A program made the position numbers and the translations under genes. From the NCBI GenBank assembly GCA_964016885.1, contig OZ024749.1, forward strand, positions 55,862,001 to 55,926,000: a stretch of DNA of 64,000 nt. The letters are read 5' to 3'. Source of the stretch: Eledone cirrhosa. Taxonomy: Eukaryota. The first letter of the stretch is position 1; every line of letters begins with the position of its first letter. This document shows positions 12,708 through 27,470 of the stretch, in pieces. Under the pieces are notes generated by a model, which did no database searches, had not been told where the DNA came from, and saw only the letters and a list, made by a program, of their open reading frames with translations.

Positions 12708-14375
12708 TCTCTATCTATCTATCTATATATATATACATACATACTCACACACGCTTAGATACACCACGCCATGTATGTATTTATACGTACACACATACAA
12801 TGATGAATAGTTTAGAAGAAGCACATTATATTTTGGGTCAATTGAATGGTAAATTTAAAACATGGAACCATAAACTATATATAATTAAGGCTGTGCAAAT
12901 TCTTTAACATTTTCTCCGCAATAACTCATCCCCAAAACACGTAGACATAAGCGAAATTATCTTCCACCAAAAGACCTCAATGAACTCTATAATATTACAA
13001 GCAGACTCTGTCGTAATTTACAAGGCTATAAAAATAATGTTTAAGTATCTAATCTTTCAGTTTACACTTGAAGCAACCCTCCATTTTTGTCGATCTACCC
13101 GCCACTACCAGAGACCAACGCCGCCATATTTCATTTCCGTATGTTGTCATTGATATACACGACGTCTAAATATATTTTAATAGTGTTTCTTTAAAAAAGA
13201 AATAATAATGAAAACAAGATGCATTAATGCTGTTATAATTATATGTTTATGCTATTATTTTATATTTGTTTATATTAATTTGTGATTATAGTTGTGGATA
13301 TTTTTCTTGTTAATTCGTATTTTATTGTTTGTTGTTTTGCATAATGCAATTATGAATATATATATACACTATATTTTAGACTAACAATAACAACAACAAC
13401 AATAACATCAGTATCTGATATCGACAACAACAGTATCAGCTGTATTTACAACAACAACAGCATTAGCAACAGTAATAACAACAGCAGCACCATTAACAAC
13501 ATCATCAATAGTAGTAATATCAGCAACAACAATAACAGCAGCAAATATGGGGAACTCTTATCTACAATATCACCATCGACAACAATATTAACACCAGCAG
13601 CAGTAAAAACAACGGCAAAAACAACAATAATCCCAACTGCCACAGCAGCTATCATAGTAACATGTCATGTCGCTGAGCTTAATTTATGACAATACCAAGA
13701 TAGGAAGGTGTGTGGGCGGAGGTGTGGAATTTTTTCTTATATTTTATTATTTTTTAGTAGAAATTCCGTTCTCAACCAATTTGCTGTTTCCTCGCTTTGT
13801 TAGTGATTAAAGAAGCGAAGCAGTTAAGCAAATCGATTTATCGCCAAGAACAAATAAATTGTGGACCACCTCTAAGCAATATTTGCAGTGTCTTCCGTGA
13901 GTTATAGCGATATAGTGACGATAACTTGCTGGCCATTACTTCATTATTAGCATCTGACCAAACACACAATGCTGAATAAAATATTCACGGTGGATATATC
14001 TTACTAGAACAACAGAATCCGAGAAAAATAGTTATAGTTCTGTTGCGTTAAATTGTAATACAAATAATTCAAATAACGGCTTTGAGTTTCACCACTTGGT
14101 CAACAATTGTGAGGTAGGGGAAAATTGATTAAATTAACCCAAGTACATTACTGGTACTTTATTTAATTGACCCTGTAAGGATGAAATAAAGTTATATGAA
14201 CCTATGCCGCAAAACATGTTGTCCGACACTCCACCAATTCTAACAATCCACTGCTCTACAAACAGTTTAAATAATTGTTTCTGATTTAGATTCACCGTCA
14301 AAAATTTTACGGATGGGGAAAATCTCTCTCTCTCTCCGTATATATATATACGTATATAAATATACATACACGGAG

Positions 14376-14425
<50 letters not shown>

Positions 14426-14846
14426 TGAGCTAACTAGTTAGTAATTATATAATACTGTTATAAATAATATTAACATTTTTTTCAATCGATTGCGTTCCTG
14501 TTTCTACTGACAAAGAAATCTGATGGCCTATTATTGATTTCGTATGATCTTCAAGAATATTGAACCTGCTATATATCTCACGTCACATAATTATTTGCTA
14601 TTGGACAGGTGATCACCGAAGCAAACCTATATATCGTTCAAGTAACTCCAATAAATGCTACATCTGATCGAATACAAATATATCTTAATTTGTGTTTGTT
14701 TAATGGAATACAGTGAGATCGAATAATCAATGTTTTATTACGTGGGTCTTCTGTAGTCTCCCCTGTTCATATTTCACATTTCATCTTATTGATCGGCTTT
14801 CATCAACACACAACCTGCAATATATCAGTACTCGACATGTTTAATT

Positions 14847-15096
<250 letters not shown>

Positions 15097-15201
15097 TTGT
15101 TTCCACTTTTGGCACAAGGCCAGCAATTATCCCAGTACATTACTGGTACTTTATTTTATCGATCCCGTAAGGATGATAGGCAAAGTTAACCTCGGCGGGA
15201 T
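15097..15201 (-). mobile_element. 5'-truncated SINE, short-tail form
   Basis: Core and tail present; sequence stops within the B box. Confidence 0.85.
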
Positions 15202-15208
15202 ATATATA

Positions 15209-15259
<51 letters not shown>

Positions 15260-15360
15260 TGCCTGGGTTCAATCAGTAAATGAGGTATTCCTGATGATTT
15301 CTCTCGAATGTAACAGTTCTGGTCCTGTAGAAGCCATTTCTATATTAAATTTGTTATACA

Positions 15361-15406
<46 letters not shown>

Positions 15407-15504
15407 CATGTATATTCTGCGGTACTGGGACCGAGAAGACCAAAAAATCAAAGAAGTACTCGATGTGAGGCAGAGTGGATATATTTGGGACTGTTTCGGC
15501 TAGT

Positions 15505-15646
<142 letters not shown>

Positions 15647-16334
15647 TAGGTGGAGTGGAGTCTGAGTGTAACCAGAGTTAAAAAAGGTACACAATACGTT
15701 GGTAGAATATAGGCATAATGATAGTATATAGAAATTGCTTCTACAGGACTGGAACTGTTTCATTCGTATGAAATCATCGACATTCCTGACTTTTTTTCAT
15801 ACGAATGAACCAGTTCTAGTTACGTAGGAGTCACTTCAATATATATTGAAGTATACACACACACAAGCATATATATATGTACAAGCGTATGACGTCAGGG
15901 ATGTGTGGTGAATGCAAATTCTCCCAGCTGGAATTAATTATGAAAAGACCCAAGGCTAAGGAAATAAAATCAAATCACCTTCATGAATGAATGGAAAATG
16001 ACAAGTCAGCAAAATAGTTTTATACAGGTCAACAACAGCGTAAGTAGATGGGCAGGCAGCCAGGCGGTCAGACACACAGTATGAAGCCCTTGTAGCCAAC
16101 ACAGTGTATGGAAGCAAGGGGAGGTAAATGTGGTGGGGGGTCGTTATCATTGGCAAGTAGTTGTTGAAGTACACTACATCAAAGATACATCAAACTGATA
16201 AACATTCAGTTATGTCTTAGGCAAAGGGCCAAATCTCTTAGGAAAGGCCAAGGATAACTAAATATATTTATGAATTAATGAATTAATAAATAAAAGAATC
16301 TTTAAATCAATCAAGGTTACGTCCCAGCATATAA

Positions 16335-16570
16335 TGGTTTCTGATTTAGGCTAAAGGCCAACGATTTGGAGGAAGGAAAAATTGGATTACATCGATCCCA
16401 GTGCGTTACTGGTACATCGATCCCAGTGCGTTACTGGTACTTTATTTTAACGACCCGGTAAGGATGTAAGCCAAAGCTAATCTCGACCGGATTTGAACTC
16501 AGAACATAAAGGGACGTAACAATATGCCGCGAAGTTTGTTCCCTGATGATCTAACGATACTGTTAATCCA
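16335..16570 (-). mobile_element. SINE, long-tail form, with internal 25-bp tandem duplication
   Basis: TACATCGATCCCAGTGCGTTACTGG twice at 16388-16437. Confidence 0.85.
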
Positions 16571-18786
16571 GGAGATCAACCTACATCTAATAATGGTAGG
16601 ATGGTCACATCTGGAATGTTATTGATAAAATATTTGTTCAGTTTTAGCCTAAACAGAGACCAAATAACAACGAAATAGTAATCACAATCTCAACACAGTA
16701 CATACTCGCATATTAGAAATAAACATGTTGATCTGACTTACGGTAGTAAAAGAAGGAATATTATACCATATTGTAGAATTCTGATTCGTAATATTACTTT
16801 ACTGGGTTCAAATTTCGTGGGGACCGTCTTTGTTTATCATACTTCTTGAAGCAATAAACAATACTATCAAACATAGATAGATAGACAGATAGTTGGATGG
16901 ATGGGTGGATACACGTACATGCATACACTCATAGGCATAACACATACATAGATACATAGATACATAGATAGATACATACATGCAAGCAAAATGCTCCAAA
17001 CACTTAAAAACTTAAAAAGAAAGAACAAATGGACACTTTGAATGAGATTGAAATAACTCTTGAAAGTCCTTGTCAGAAGGATCCCAGTGACCTTTTCGCT
17101 GTAAAGGAACAAATAATATTAAGATAGGTTCGGAACAGGATACTTGAAATTACCAGAGGAATAGTTTCTAAACGTTTATTTTTTTAAGCATCTCTCTTGT
17201 AACGAAACATAGGCCAGAAAGAAGGAGGCCTACTGGTATAAACTGCCAAGGTAAACATAGATTGGCCGGTTTTCTTCTCGATCAGATTAGCTTTATCTCA
17301 TACATCAAAGGGAACAACTTCAAATCAGAATGATACTTGAGATGGCAACAAAAAAGAAAGACGAATCTGGGTTGGGAGGTTCTGGCGAGGAAGAAGAACA
17401 ACAATAACAACAAAAACAATATAATGAAATGTTGGTTGGGGGAGATGAAACAACGACAGCAACTGCAATATATAGTTCAAAATACAAATGAAAAACACCA
17501 AAGATGAGGATGAGGAGAATATGGAATATATATTGTTGTTGTAATTGTTGTCGTTATATATATATATATATATATATAATTTCTATACTTTCATTTATAT
17601 ATATATATATATGTGTTTGTGTACATATATATATGTGTGTGTGTAAGTGTATTTATGGGTCAGTGTTTGCGTGTATGTGTAGATTGGTTTGGTGGGTGTT
17701 TGAGTGTATGTGTGAAGGGAAGTTTAATTAAATAGGGCAGAGAGGGAGAGAGCGTGCCAGAGATTAACGGACGTAGTTTTAATATAGGGACTTACGAATG
17801 AAGAGTGAATGTTTATAGCGCTCATGCGCTGTTCTATTTTTCCTTCACACTTTCTCTACCTTTATCACAAATGGAATATACGTAGATAAAGATTCTTAAT
17901 GCGTTTTTTTTTTAATGTATTGATCTGATGTATGTAGTAGGATATCGAATAACCACGTAGAGGCTTTGAAGGTAGTTATACCTGACCAAGGTTGACCTTA
18001 GGCTCAATTACAACAATAAGGAGACAATGACGACAACAACAATTACAACAGCAATATATTTACATCTCAGTGGTGTGGGTAAACCATCTACTTCAGTATC
18101 AGAGATAATGTGGAATACTTTTCATGTTAAATCCATTCCATCTTGGTTTCTTCTGTGTCGTATTTTGACACAAGGAGTCTCTAAAGTTGATAAAGTTTCG
18201 ATGTCATTTATTAAAGAATTACAACAGAAGGGCTTACAACATTTGAAAAAATATATCTATTTCAATTATCTCGGGCCACAGCGGATTACAAGACCTAATC
18301 TCTAGCTTGTTTAGCTTATCCCCCATTCTGGCACTATCACTTTAGATTAATGTCAATGCGTGTTTTCTGAAACTAAAAAACGTAATCTATACCTAAAAAG
18401 AAAATTTAAAAAAATTAAGATTCAGACAAAATGTTTCTAAAACAAAGCAAATTCTTTAGGACTATTGTCTATGTCACTCTGAAATTTCGAGAATAAGGAG
18501 GTTCACCATCACACACTGGCGTGTAACTTTATTCTACAGACGGATGTTTTTATTGTAGTAAGAATACAGTTAATTGAATCCTTCATCTCAACAGCTGCGT
18601 TGTTATTGTTTATTGAAATCAAGAAACTTATTCTACTCTCTTACACGTGCCTACAAGTAAACATTTACCTGATTGTTTGATCTGATAGAAACCATAGCCA
18701 AAATATACTTAAAATCCGAACCTATCATCTTAAGCAGACTTCAGTTTTCTGTCAGATTGTAGAAACGTTGTATTTACATGATGGTT

Positions 18787-18877
<91 letters not shown>

Positions 18878-19790
18878 GTTAGTTTGGGGCGAGGATAGTG
18901 GCTTTTGAATGTGTTGTCGTTTTTCTTCCAGTCATTGGTATTGATGGTGGTGGTAAAGTGTGTGGTGCCATTGGTGGTCGTATGGTATTAGTGATGGTTT
19001 GTGGTGGTGGTGGTCGTATTGTTAGTGGTGGCGAGGCCGGGGGTGGTATCGATGTTGTTGGTGGTGGTACTGGAGGAGGTTTAAGAGACTGAGTAATATA
19101 TGATATAAAATGGGATAAAAAGCTACGTAGGCTTAATAATGGCGGATAGGTTAGACGAGGGAAACGAGAAATTTCGAGGGATAAGTCCAGATAAAGTCGA
19201 AAAACTAACAAATAATACTAACAATAATAACAATAATACTAACAATAATAAGAAGAAAACTAATACAAAATTAATAAATATATAAATAAGTAAAATACAA
19301 TATAATAAAAAAGAAAGCATAGCCAGAATGTTATCATGTTTTCCCGTGCCCCCGAATTTAATCTGATCATTAGAGAGCCGCATTGAGCAATGGTTTATCT
19401 TCTGTTTGCTGTTCACATCACGTTTAGTCGTGTTCTCGGCCATTTTTTAGTCAATACTCTTTACCCCACCCCCCCCCCCCCCCGACTTACCCATCACTAT
19501 AACCACCACAGCTGCCTCCTCCTCCTCCTCCTCTTTCCCTTCCTCTGCTAACATTATCCGGCCCATGATCTCCACTGTCACTACCATCAGCACTAACATC
19601 ACTGCCAATAATAACACGATCAGCACAACTATCAACAGCAACGCCCTGCATCACTATCATCATCATGATCATCATCATGATCATCATCATTATCATCATC
19701 ATCATTCCCACATAATCCACTACAACTGTATCAACCCTCATAGGAAAACAAAGCCAGCACCAAAGACAACACTAATACTAATAATAATAA

Positions 19791-19963
19791 TTGTTTCTAC
19801 TTTAGGCACAAGGCCAGCAATTACCCCAGTACATTACTGGTACTTTATTTTATCGACCCCCGTAAGGATGAAAGGCAAAGTTAACCTCGGCGGCATTTGA
19901 ACTCAGACCGTAAAGGGTCATAACTCTATGCTGCAAATCATGGCCTCCGACTCTCCAACGATA
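19791..19963 (-). mobile_element. SINE, short-tail form
   Basis: Core, B box and tail near-identical to the 20706, 28403 and 36558 copies. Confidence 0.9.
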
Positions 19964-20588
19964 CTAATAGTAATAAAAATAATAATTATTATTATAAACA
20001 TAATTATATGAATTCGAGAATTCTAAGAAAAGAAATGTTTTTTTTTTCAAAAGTAAAACTGAGAAAAGGAAAGAAAAAATCAGGGAAAAACAAAGAAAAA
20101 CAACAGAAAGAAGCACAAAAAGAGAGAAAGGAAAGAAAGACAAAATGAAAGAAGGAATGAAAAAAAAGAGAATCCATAGAGAAATGAAGAAAGAAAGGAA
20201 GGAAGGAATAAAGAAAAGAAGTGAAAATATTTTCAAGAAGTGGAAATATAGAAAGAAACATTGTAGACACAGAGAAACAAGAAGAAGAAGAAAACCAAAT
20301 GTATAAGGGGGTGAATGTTGGGGGTAGTTGTGTCTTTAGAAAATCTGGTAATATCATGTTAAGACATGTGCTTAGTAACACTGTTTGCTGTGTCTATTGA
20401 TTGCTTCCAACGTCCTCATAAGCCAAATGGAGATTCTCTGATCAGATTCCGAATATTCCAGTAATGAAAGGATTCGTCTCCACATTGTTACATATTGTCT
20501 TGTAGAAGAAAAAAAAATACTACTGCTGCTGCTGCTACTACTGTGGATTTTGCTACTACTACTGCTGCTACTCTTACTGCTTCTGCTG

Positions 20589-20620
<32 letters not shown>

Positions 20621-20705
20621 ACTACTGCTGTTACTACAATAATTATTATGATGTTCATTGATCAGGATAGCCCGAAACTCTGGAGACGATACTAGGACAA
20701 ATAAT

Positions 20706-21091
20706 GCTTTCTACTTTAGGCACAAGGCCAGCAATTAACCAGTGCATTACTGGTACTTTATTTTATCGACCCCGTAAAGATGAAAGGCAAAGTCAACCTC
20801 GGCGGGATTTGAACTCAGATCGTAAAGGGATGTAACTATGCTGGAAAGCATGGCGTCCGACTCTCTACCAATACTGCCAATCCACCTGATTTAGGCACAA
20901 GGCCAACACATTTTGGTGGGGGTGAAAAGTCCATAAATCGACTCCAGTGTATTACTGGTACTTTATTTTATTGATCCTCGTAAGGATGAAAGGCAAAGTT
21001 AACATCGGCAGGATTTGAACTCAGAACGTAAATGAATGTAACTATATGCCGCACGGGATGTTATCCGACGCTCTATCGATACTGGCAATCG
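20706..21091 (-). mobile_element. Two SINEs in tandem (short-tail 20706-20887, long-tail 20888-21091)
   Basis: Two complete head/core/tail units abut. Confidence 0.9.
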
Positions 21092-21099
21092 TGATGATG

Positions 21100-21612
21100 A
21101 CAATCAAAATGATGATGATGATTGTGATGGTGATGATTGTGACGATGATGATGGTGATTGTGATTGTGATGACGATGACGATGAAGACAACGACGGTGAA
21201 GAAAATATAAACAAATGAGTTGATTTTTCCTTCAATGTTTTTGTTCTTTTTCTTGTTCTCCTCAGTTTAACATTTGACAAAGTGTTCGTTAGTTCCGGAA
21301 TCACGGCCAACCAGGCGACCTGATTCTCACCACCACCACCACCACTAACACCACCACAATGACCACTAAAACCAACACCACCACCACAATGACCACTAAC
21401 ACTACCACCACCACCACCACAAACATCACCTCCACCATCACCACCACAACCATCACCTCCACCATCACCTCCACCATCACTACCACCATCACCACCACGG
21501 CCATCACCTCCACCATCACTACCATCACCACCACCACCATCACCACCACCACCACCACCATCACGATCACCACCACCACCATCACGATCACCACCACCAA
21601 CAACATCCACCA
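21100..21612. repeat. (GAT)n then (CAC/CAT)n tracts
   Basis: Directly visible. Confidence 0.9.
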
Positions 21613-21789
21613 TAAATCTTTATTCCTTTCTACACCACTTATCTGACTCTCCATTTCATTACTTGTCTGTGTTTGCCGTGAGACAGTTGGCCGTTTATAT
21701 ACCCCCCCCCCTCTATCTATCCCCCTCCCTCTCTCTGCATATATATACCGATGCATTTATATATCTATATATGTGTTAGCCTGTATGTG

Positions 21790-21833
21790 TACACATTCAC
21801 ACACACATATATATATATATATATATACTTAAA

Positions 21834-21890
<57 letters not shown>

Positions 21891-22065
21891 TTACTTACAT
21901 ATATATACACACAAACACACACATATATATATATATATACACATATATATTTACACACATAAATATAAATATATATGCACATATATATATTTACACACAT
22001 AAATATAAATATATATACACATATATATTTACATACATAAATATATATATATATACACATATATT

Positions 22066-22129
<64 letters not shown>

Positions 22130-22189
22130 TATTTACATATATATTTACATATATATATATATATATATTTACATATATATACTTAAATA

Positions 22190-22238
<49 letters not shown>

Positions 22239-22330
22239 ATGTATGTAAATATATATATATGTATATATATATGTATGTATATATATATGTAAATATATAT
22301 GTAAATATATATGTATATGTATATATGAGA
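21790..22330. repeat. (TA)n-rich array
   Basis: Directly visible. Confidence 0.95.
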
Positions 22331-22560
22331 GAGAGGGGGGGTGTATATACGTGTTTCTATCATATATTCAGTTGTGGGTGGGTAAAATGTCTCTTGCTAA
22401 CATTTTATCAGTCATCATGCCTCTTGTCTCTTTTGTTACTTTAGGAACTTTAGTTGCTTTTGGCACAACTATTTAGGCGTTCCCCGTTTACCTCTATTCT
22501 CTTTACCTTCTTACCTCCCTTTTACTCCTTATTTCTCTTCCTCATCTCTCTCTGTCTTCT

Positions 22561-22599
<39 letters not shown>

Positions 22600-22631
22600 A
22601 CACCTATATATATATATATATATATATATAA

Positions 22632-22683
22632 CGTTATACACTATGAGGGTCATGTTGCCAATAGAAAAACAAATACAAAAGTG
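22632..22683 (-). mobile_element. 3'-terminal fragment of the 40211 element family
   Basis: GTTATAC...GAGGGTCATGTTGCCAATA matches 40212-40245; embedded in (TA)n. Confidence 0.65.
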
Positions 22684-23048
22684 ATATATATATACACATA
22701 TATATATATATATATTTATATATAAATTGTGTATTATCCCTCAACATCTTCCTCTCTGTCACCCGTCCATTTTACCCCCCTCTCAGGTTCCATCCTGCCC
22801 TTATTACTGCACTTTCTAAGAATTGCCCTTTCACAACATTTCATAATTTCCACCCAAAGTACTCTAATATTACCACCCATCGTATCTTACTATGTCTGAC
22901 CCCTTCCTTGCTCTCACATATTTTTATTCATCTATATCCCCCGTATTTCCCCCTGATGTATTTTAACTCTCATCTGTGTTTCACCGTATCCCTATAAAGA
23001 TAGTGGTAATATATTCGCACTGAATTCTGTGTGCACGCACACGCACAC

Positions 23049-23150
<102 letters not shown>

Positions 23151-23302
23151 ATATATATATATGCATAGACATATGTATATATATGCATAGACATATATAT
23201 ATATGCATAGACATATATATATATGCATAGACATATATATATATATATATACATCTCTCTCTCTTTCTCTCTCTCTATAATGTATAATAAGCAATACAAT
23301 AT

Positions 23303-23372
23303 AATTACCTCATTACCAGAGGTTTCCCGAATAAGACGAATACAAGAAACGTCCTCATTCGTTCGTCAGACA
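23303..23372 (-). ncRNA. Type I hammerhead ribozyme motif (weak stem I)
   Basis: CUGACGA, about 11-bp stem II, GAAA, stem III ACCUC/GAGGU, GUA triplet. Confidence 0.6.
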
Positions 23373-23633
23373 AGACAATTTAAAACATAGTGAAATATTT
23401 GAAAAATCTCCCCAAAAAAGGCAAAAGTTTAACGGGCAAAAAAAAAATATAAATAAAAGTAATGCAAGAGGTATATAAAAATAAAATAAGGAAATATAGT
23501 AAGGGTATGTGTATAAATGTGTGTATATACATTTACAAATGTACATATGTGTGTATGTACAAATGCATGTGTATAGTGAAAATATGTGTGCGTAAGTACA
23601 TACATGAGGGCAAGCATATCAGTGTATGTGTGA

Positions 23634-23672
<39 letters not shown>

Positions 23673-24954
23673 CACACTCACACTCACACTCACACTCACA
23701 CACACACACACGACCATAACGTGGTCCTAGCAATACTTCACTCAGCAGTGGACTCACAAAAGGATATCCCATTAGACTATAAAATAATACCAGTTATATG
23801 TGGAGGTTTGTTTAACTGACTCTACTAGTGTTTGCAGATCTGTATTGGTCTCCTGCCAATCTGAGACATCACTAATGTTTTATACTTGATGTTATGCCAC
23901 TTGCTTTTGTAGTTGTCGCTGTTGCTGCTCAAATTGTTGTTGTAGTTGTTGTTATTTTTGTTGCTTCTAGTGCTATAGTTGTTGTTGTTGTTGCTAGAGC
24001 TGTAGTTGTTGTTGTTGTTGCAGCTGCGGTAGTTTTGTTTGTTTGTTTGTTTGTTTGTTTTTTGTTTTTGTTGCTCACGAGGTTGTTGCTGAAATTGTTC
24101 TATTTTATTAGTGCTGGTGTTGTTGTTTTTGCTGTTGTTGCTGATCAAGTTATTTTATTATTTTTGTTGTTATCGATATTTTATTTTATTGTTTATCGCA
24201 TGTCTGCCTCAATCTAGCAGGTTTATGATCAAAGCAGATATAACCTTCAACACACCACTGTAATATTCCTTTCTAGTTTTTCCTTTCTAAGTTTACACAC
24301 AGTATATTTTCCAATAGATTACAACGAGAAATCCTCTACGTGATCACCCTACCTGCTAAAAATAACAGTCAAATCATTTAGCAATATAATGCATACATGG
24401 CAGAATGACGTGTATCCAATTAAGATAACGAATTCTCTGTAAATTATGTAAATTATCTTTCCAGTTTAATTAGTATTTAAATTAAGACGATACTGTGTTT
24501 ATAACCTAGAGCTGTGTAAGAATAAATTTTACTTGTTGTTTTAAACGAATGTTATTAGGTAGACTGTCGTCGAACATAGTTTACTTTATTGATCTGATAT
24601 TAGTGAGATGATAAAGAGGTAGAATGGTGTTCAATGTGAGGAAGTAACATTTACAGGTTTCCCCAACAATAATTACAGGTTTATCCTCAATTTTATGAAG
24701 ATAGTGGGTGAAAACGTAGACTTACAGAACACGTTACTTACGAAGAGGATGTATATGTATGAAGATAAACACCACACACACACACACACATACACATACA
24801 CACACATATATATATATATATAAGAGAGTATTGAAGTTTGCTTGAAGCATTGTGGAATAATAAGTAAATATCTTGAAGTCGTTTGGAAGCCTCGACAATG
24901 CATTGTCGAGGCTTCCAAACTACTTAAAGATATATATATATATATATATATATA

Positions 24955-25047
24955 TAACAAAGAAAGTGTGGTAAGAAACCAGGTAGACCATAACGCACCG
25001 GGTCTAGCTGCCGGAGTTCAGCCGTCGGCGTCCTGACTCGTTTCTTA
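24955..25047. mobile_element. HHR element family X, deleted fold-back copy
   Basis: Minus-strand family 3' end joined to plus-strand CAGCCGTCGGCGTCCTGACTCGTTTCTTAT; in (TA)n. Confidence 0.75.
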
Positions 25048-25049
25048 TA

Positions 25050-25092
<43 letters not shown>

Positions 25093-25094
25093 TA

Positions 25095-25245
25095 GCCTAT
25101 TTCCTGATGAGGGATGCTAGTCGCTATATATGATAGTTTTATTAGCTTTATTATTTAGAAACTACGTAATATGACAGCTGCGGCTTGATAACGACTGCCT
25201 TCCTTATTTGGTGTCTGTTGCGATACGATTCGGTCTGACAAGTTT
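25095..25245 (+). mobile_element. Penelope-like terminal fragment with decayed HHR
   Basis: CTGATGA at 25104-25110 and GAAAC at 25158-25162; stems poorly preserved. Confidence 0.4.
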
Positions 25246-25667
25246 GCGAAGGTGGGCGGTCAGCATTCGGGTTCACGAATTTGGAGAATGGGTTACGGGT
25301 TCGGTTTAGTGTTTATGTACTTATTGAAACAACGATCTTATTTATGTACATACATATATACGAATGTAACGGGTGAAAGTCAAATCTTTCCTCGATTGGA
25401 TTTGAACTTAAAACGTAATGCACAGTACCAAATACTGCACGTGGAATACTCCAAGGATTCTCCCAATTCACCATCTTTTTGTGTTCAGATCTAGCACCAT
25501 AACAACAACAACGATATTATTATAACGTCAAACCTCTAAAACAACAACATCAACATCAAGAACAATAATACATTATAATAATGGTGATGACTACGACGAC
25601 GATGATGATGAAAATGTTGCTCTTAATGATTGGTTTTTTTATATGCTTACAAGATTAACACAGACAA

Positions 25668-25840
25668 CCACACACACACACACACGCACACGCACAAGCA
25701 CACACAAGCACACAAGCACACACAAGCACACAAGCACACACAAGCACACACAAGCACACACAAGCACACACAAGCACACACAAGCACACACACACACAAG
25801 CACACACAAGCACACACAAGCACACACAAGCACACACACT
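25668..25840. repeat. (CACACAAGCA)n-type 8-10 bp repeat
   Basis: Directly visible. Confidence 0.9.
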
Positions 25841-26287
25841 ACATACAATAATACACAAGTGAAAACAAAATAATCATTACCATAATGATAATCAGAATTA
25901 AAGAAAAAAAACGAACGAATAAAATGAAATGTATAAAATGAAATCTCGAATCCTATCTGTCCGACGTAAGAGATGTCTCCCAACAGATTTGAACACTGAT
26001 CAAAAACATTGAAGTTACTCACTTCTACAACTTCTATGAAAGAAACTTTTATATTCTTCTGAGGTTCACATAATGGCAACGTTGCTACTTTGATATCCAT
26101 GTAATATCGGCTAATTAGCAACGTAAAACACACGTGTGTTGATATAATTATCCCCACGGCAGGATTATAGAAATATATTGTGTGTAGCATTGACACACAC
26201 ACACACACCCACACACATATATATATATATGTGTATATATATATATGTATATATATATATATGTATATGTATATATATGTATATATA

Positions 26288-26363
26288 CAGGGTGTCCCAA
26301 AAATGTATACATACTTCAACAGCATTCTAATGAATATGTGTATACATTTTTTCGGATACCCTA
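26288..26363. mobile_element. Tc1/mariner-type MITE, internally deleted
   Basis: TA-CAGGGTGTCCCAAAAATGTATACA ... TGTATACATTTTTTCGGATACCCTA-TA. Confidence 0.8.
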
Positions 26364-26472
26364 TATATACATATATATATAAATGCATACATATATGCAT
26401 ACATGAGTATATCATACATATACGCATGCACATAAATCTCTCTTCTCTCTCTCTAAATATATATGCATACAT

Positions 26473-26548
<76 letters not shown>

Positions 26549-27039
26549 TTACGTGCATGATGATAGTCGAGAAGCTATCGTATATAGCCACGTCTTTTGC
26601 TTCCTTTCGGTTTCTTTTTATCATTCTGTTTTGAAGATGTAGAATGTGTTTCTCATGATGTCTTACAAACACATCATTAGTAAGGCAAGCTGAAACTCTA
26701 CCACAAACGTATCGGCAGTACATCAGCGTAGATCACAGTCGCATGGAAGATTGGAGGTTCGTGACTGCTCCTGTCAATATTACGCCTACCCGGTTGTCCT
26801 TACACGTGCGAAAACTAAGGAAGTTCTTGTATTTTATTGTCGCAGATTTAAGGGATATTCTTACAGCCACAAATATAAGCCTGCTGCCTGTTTATGACTC
26901 CAGAATCTTGACATGTGCCGTGGAGAAAATCTCCTTTGCAACATAAAATCATCAACATTTCAAATTTAATAGTGACAAACACCTCCGCGACACGAGTACA
27001 ATTCTCGAGGTGTTTGACGATATTATAATGACAAATTCC

Positions 27040-27226
27040 GCGGCGAATTGGCAGAGTCGTTAGAACGTCGGATAGAAAGCTTTACAGTATTCGTTCCTGC
27101 TCTGTGCTCTCGGAGTTCGAATCCCTGCGAGGTCAACTTTGTCTTTCATTCTTTCGAGGTCGATACAATAAAGTACAAGGAATGCGTGAGATAATTGCTG
27201 GCTTTGTGCCAAAAACAGAAACAATT
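27040..27226 (+). mobile_element. MetaSINE-like SINE
   Basis: TGGCAGAGTCG A box, GTTCGAATCC B box, core and tail; ATGACAAA near both ends. Confidence 0.85.
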
Positions 27227-27299
27227 ATGACAAAAAGCAAAGCAAGAAAAGATGACTAAAGCCTACAACACCGCAAATTTTCGAACCAATAATTGCAGG

Positions 27300-27470
27300 G
27301 TTTTTTCATCCGACAAGCATCTGTACAGTTTCGGTCTACACACAAGGCTAGATTCACTCGTTGGCTATTGTAAAATACACTTGTCTAAACCGCAAGGAAG
27401 TGAGATCGAACACCAAGGAGCCTAATGATTCCGATCCAAACTATTTAACCAATTGGCCAAGTCCAGCCAT
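27300..27470 (-). mobile_element. Degenerate copy of the second tRNA-SINE family
   Basis: GGCTATTGTAAAATACACTTG block and GATCGAAC (B box complement). Confidence 0.5.

Noticed and set aside
21104-21756. Gly-rich and Val/Thr-rich ORFs
   Set aside because: (CAC)n repeat translations.
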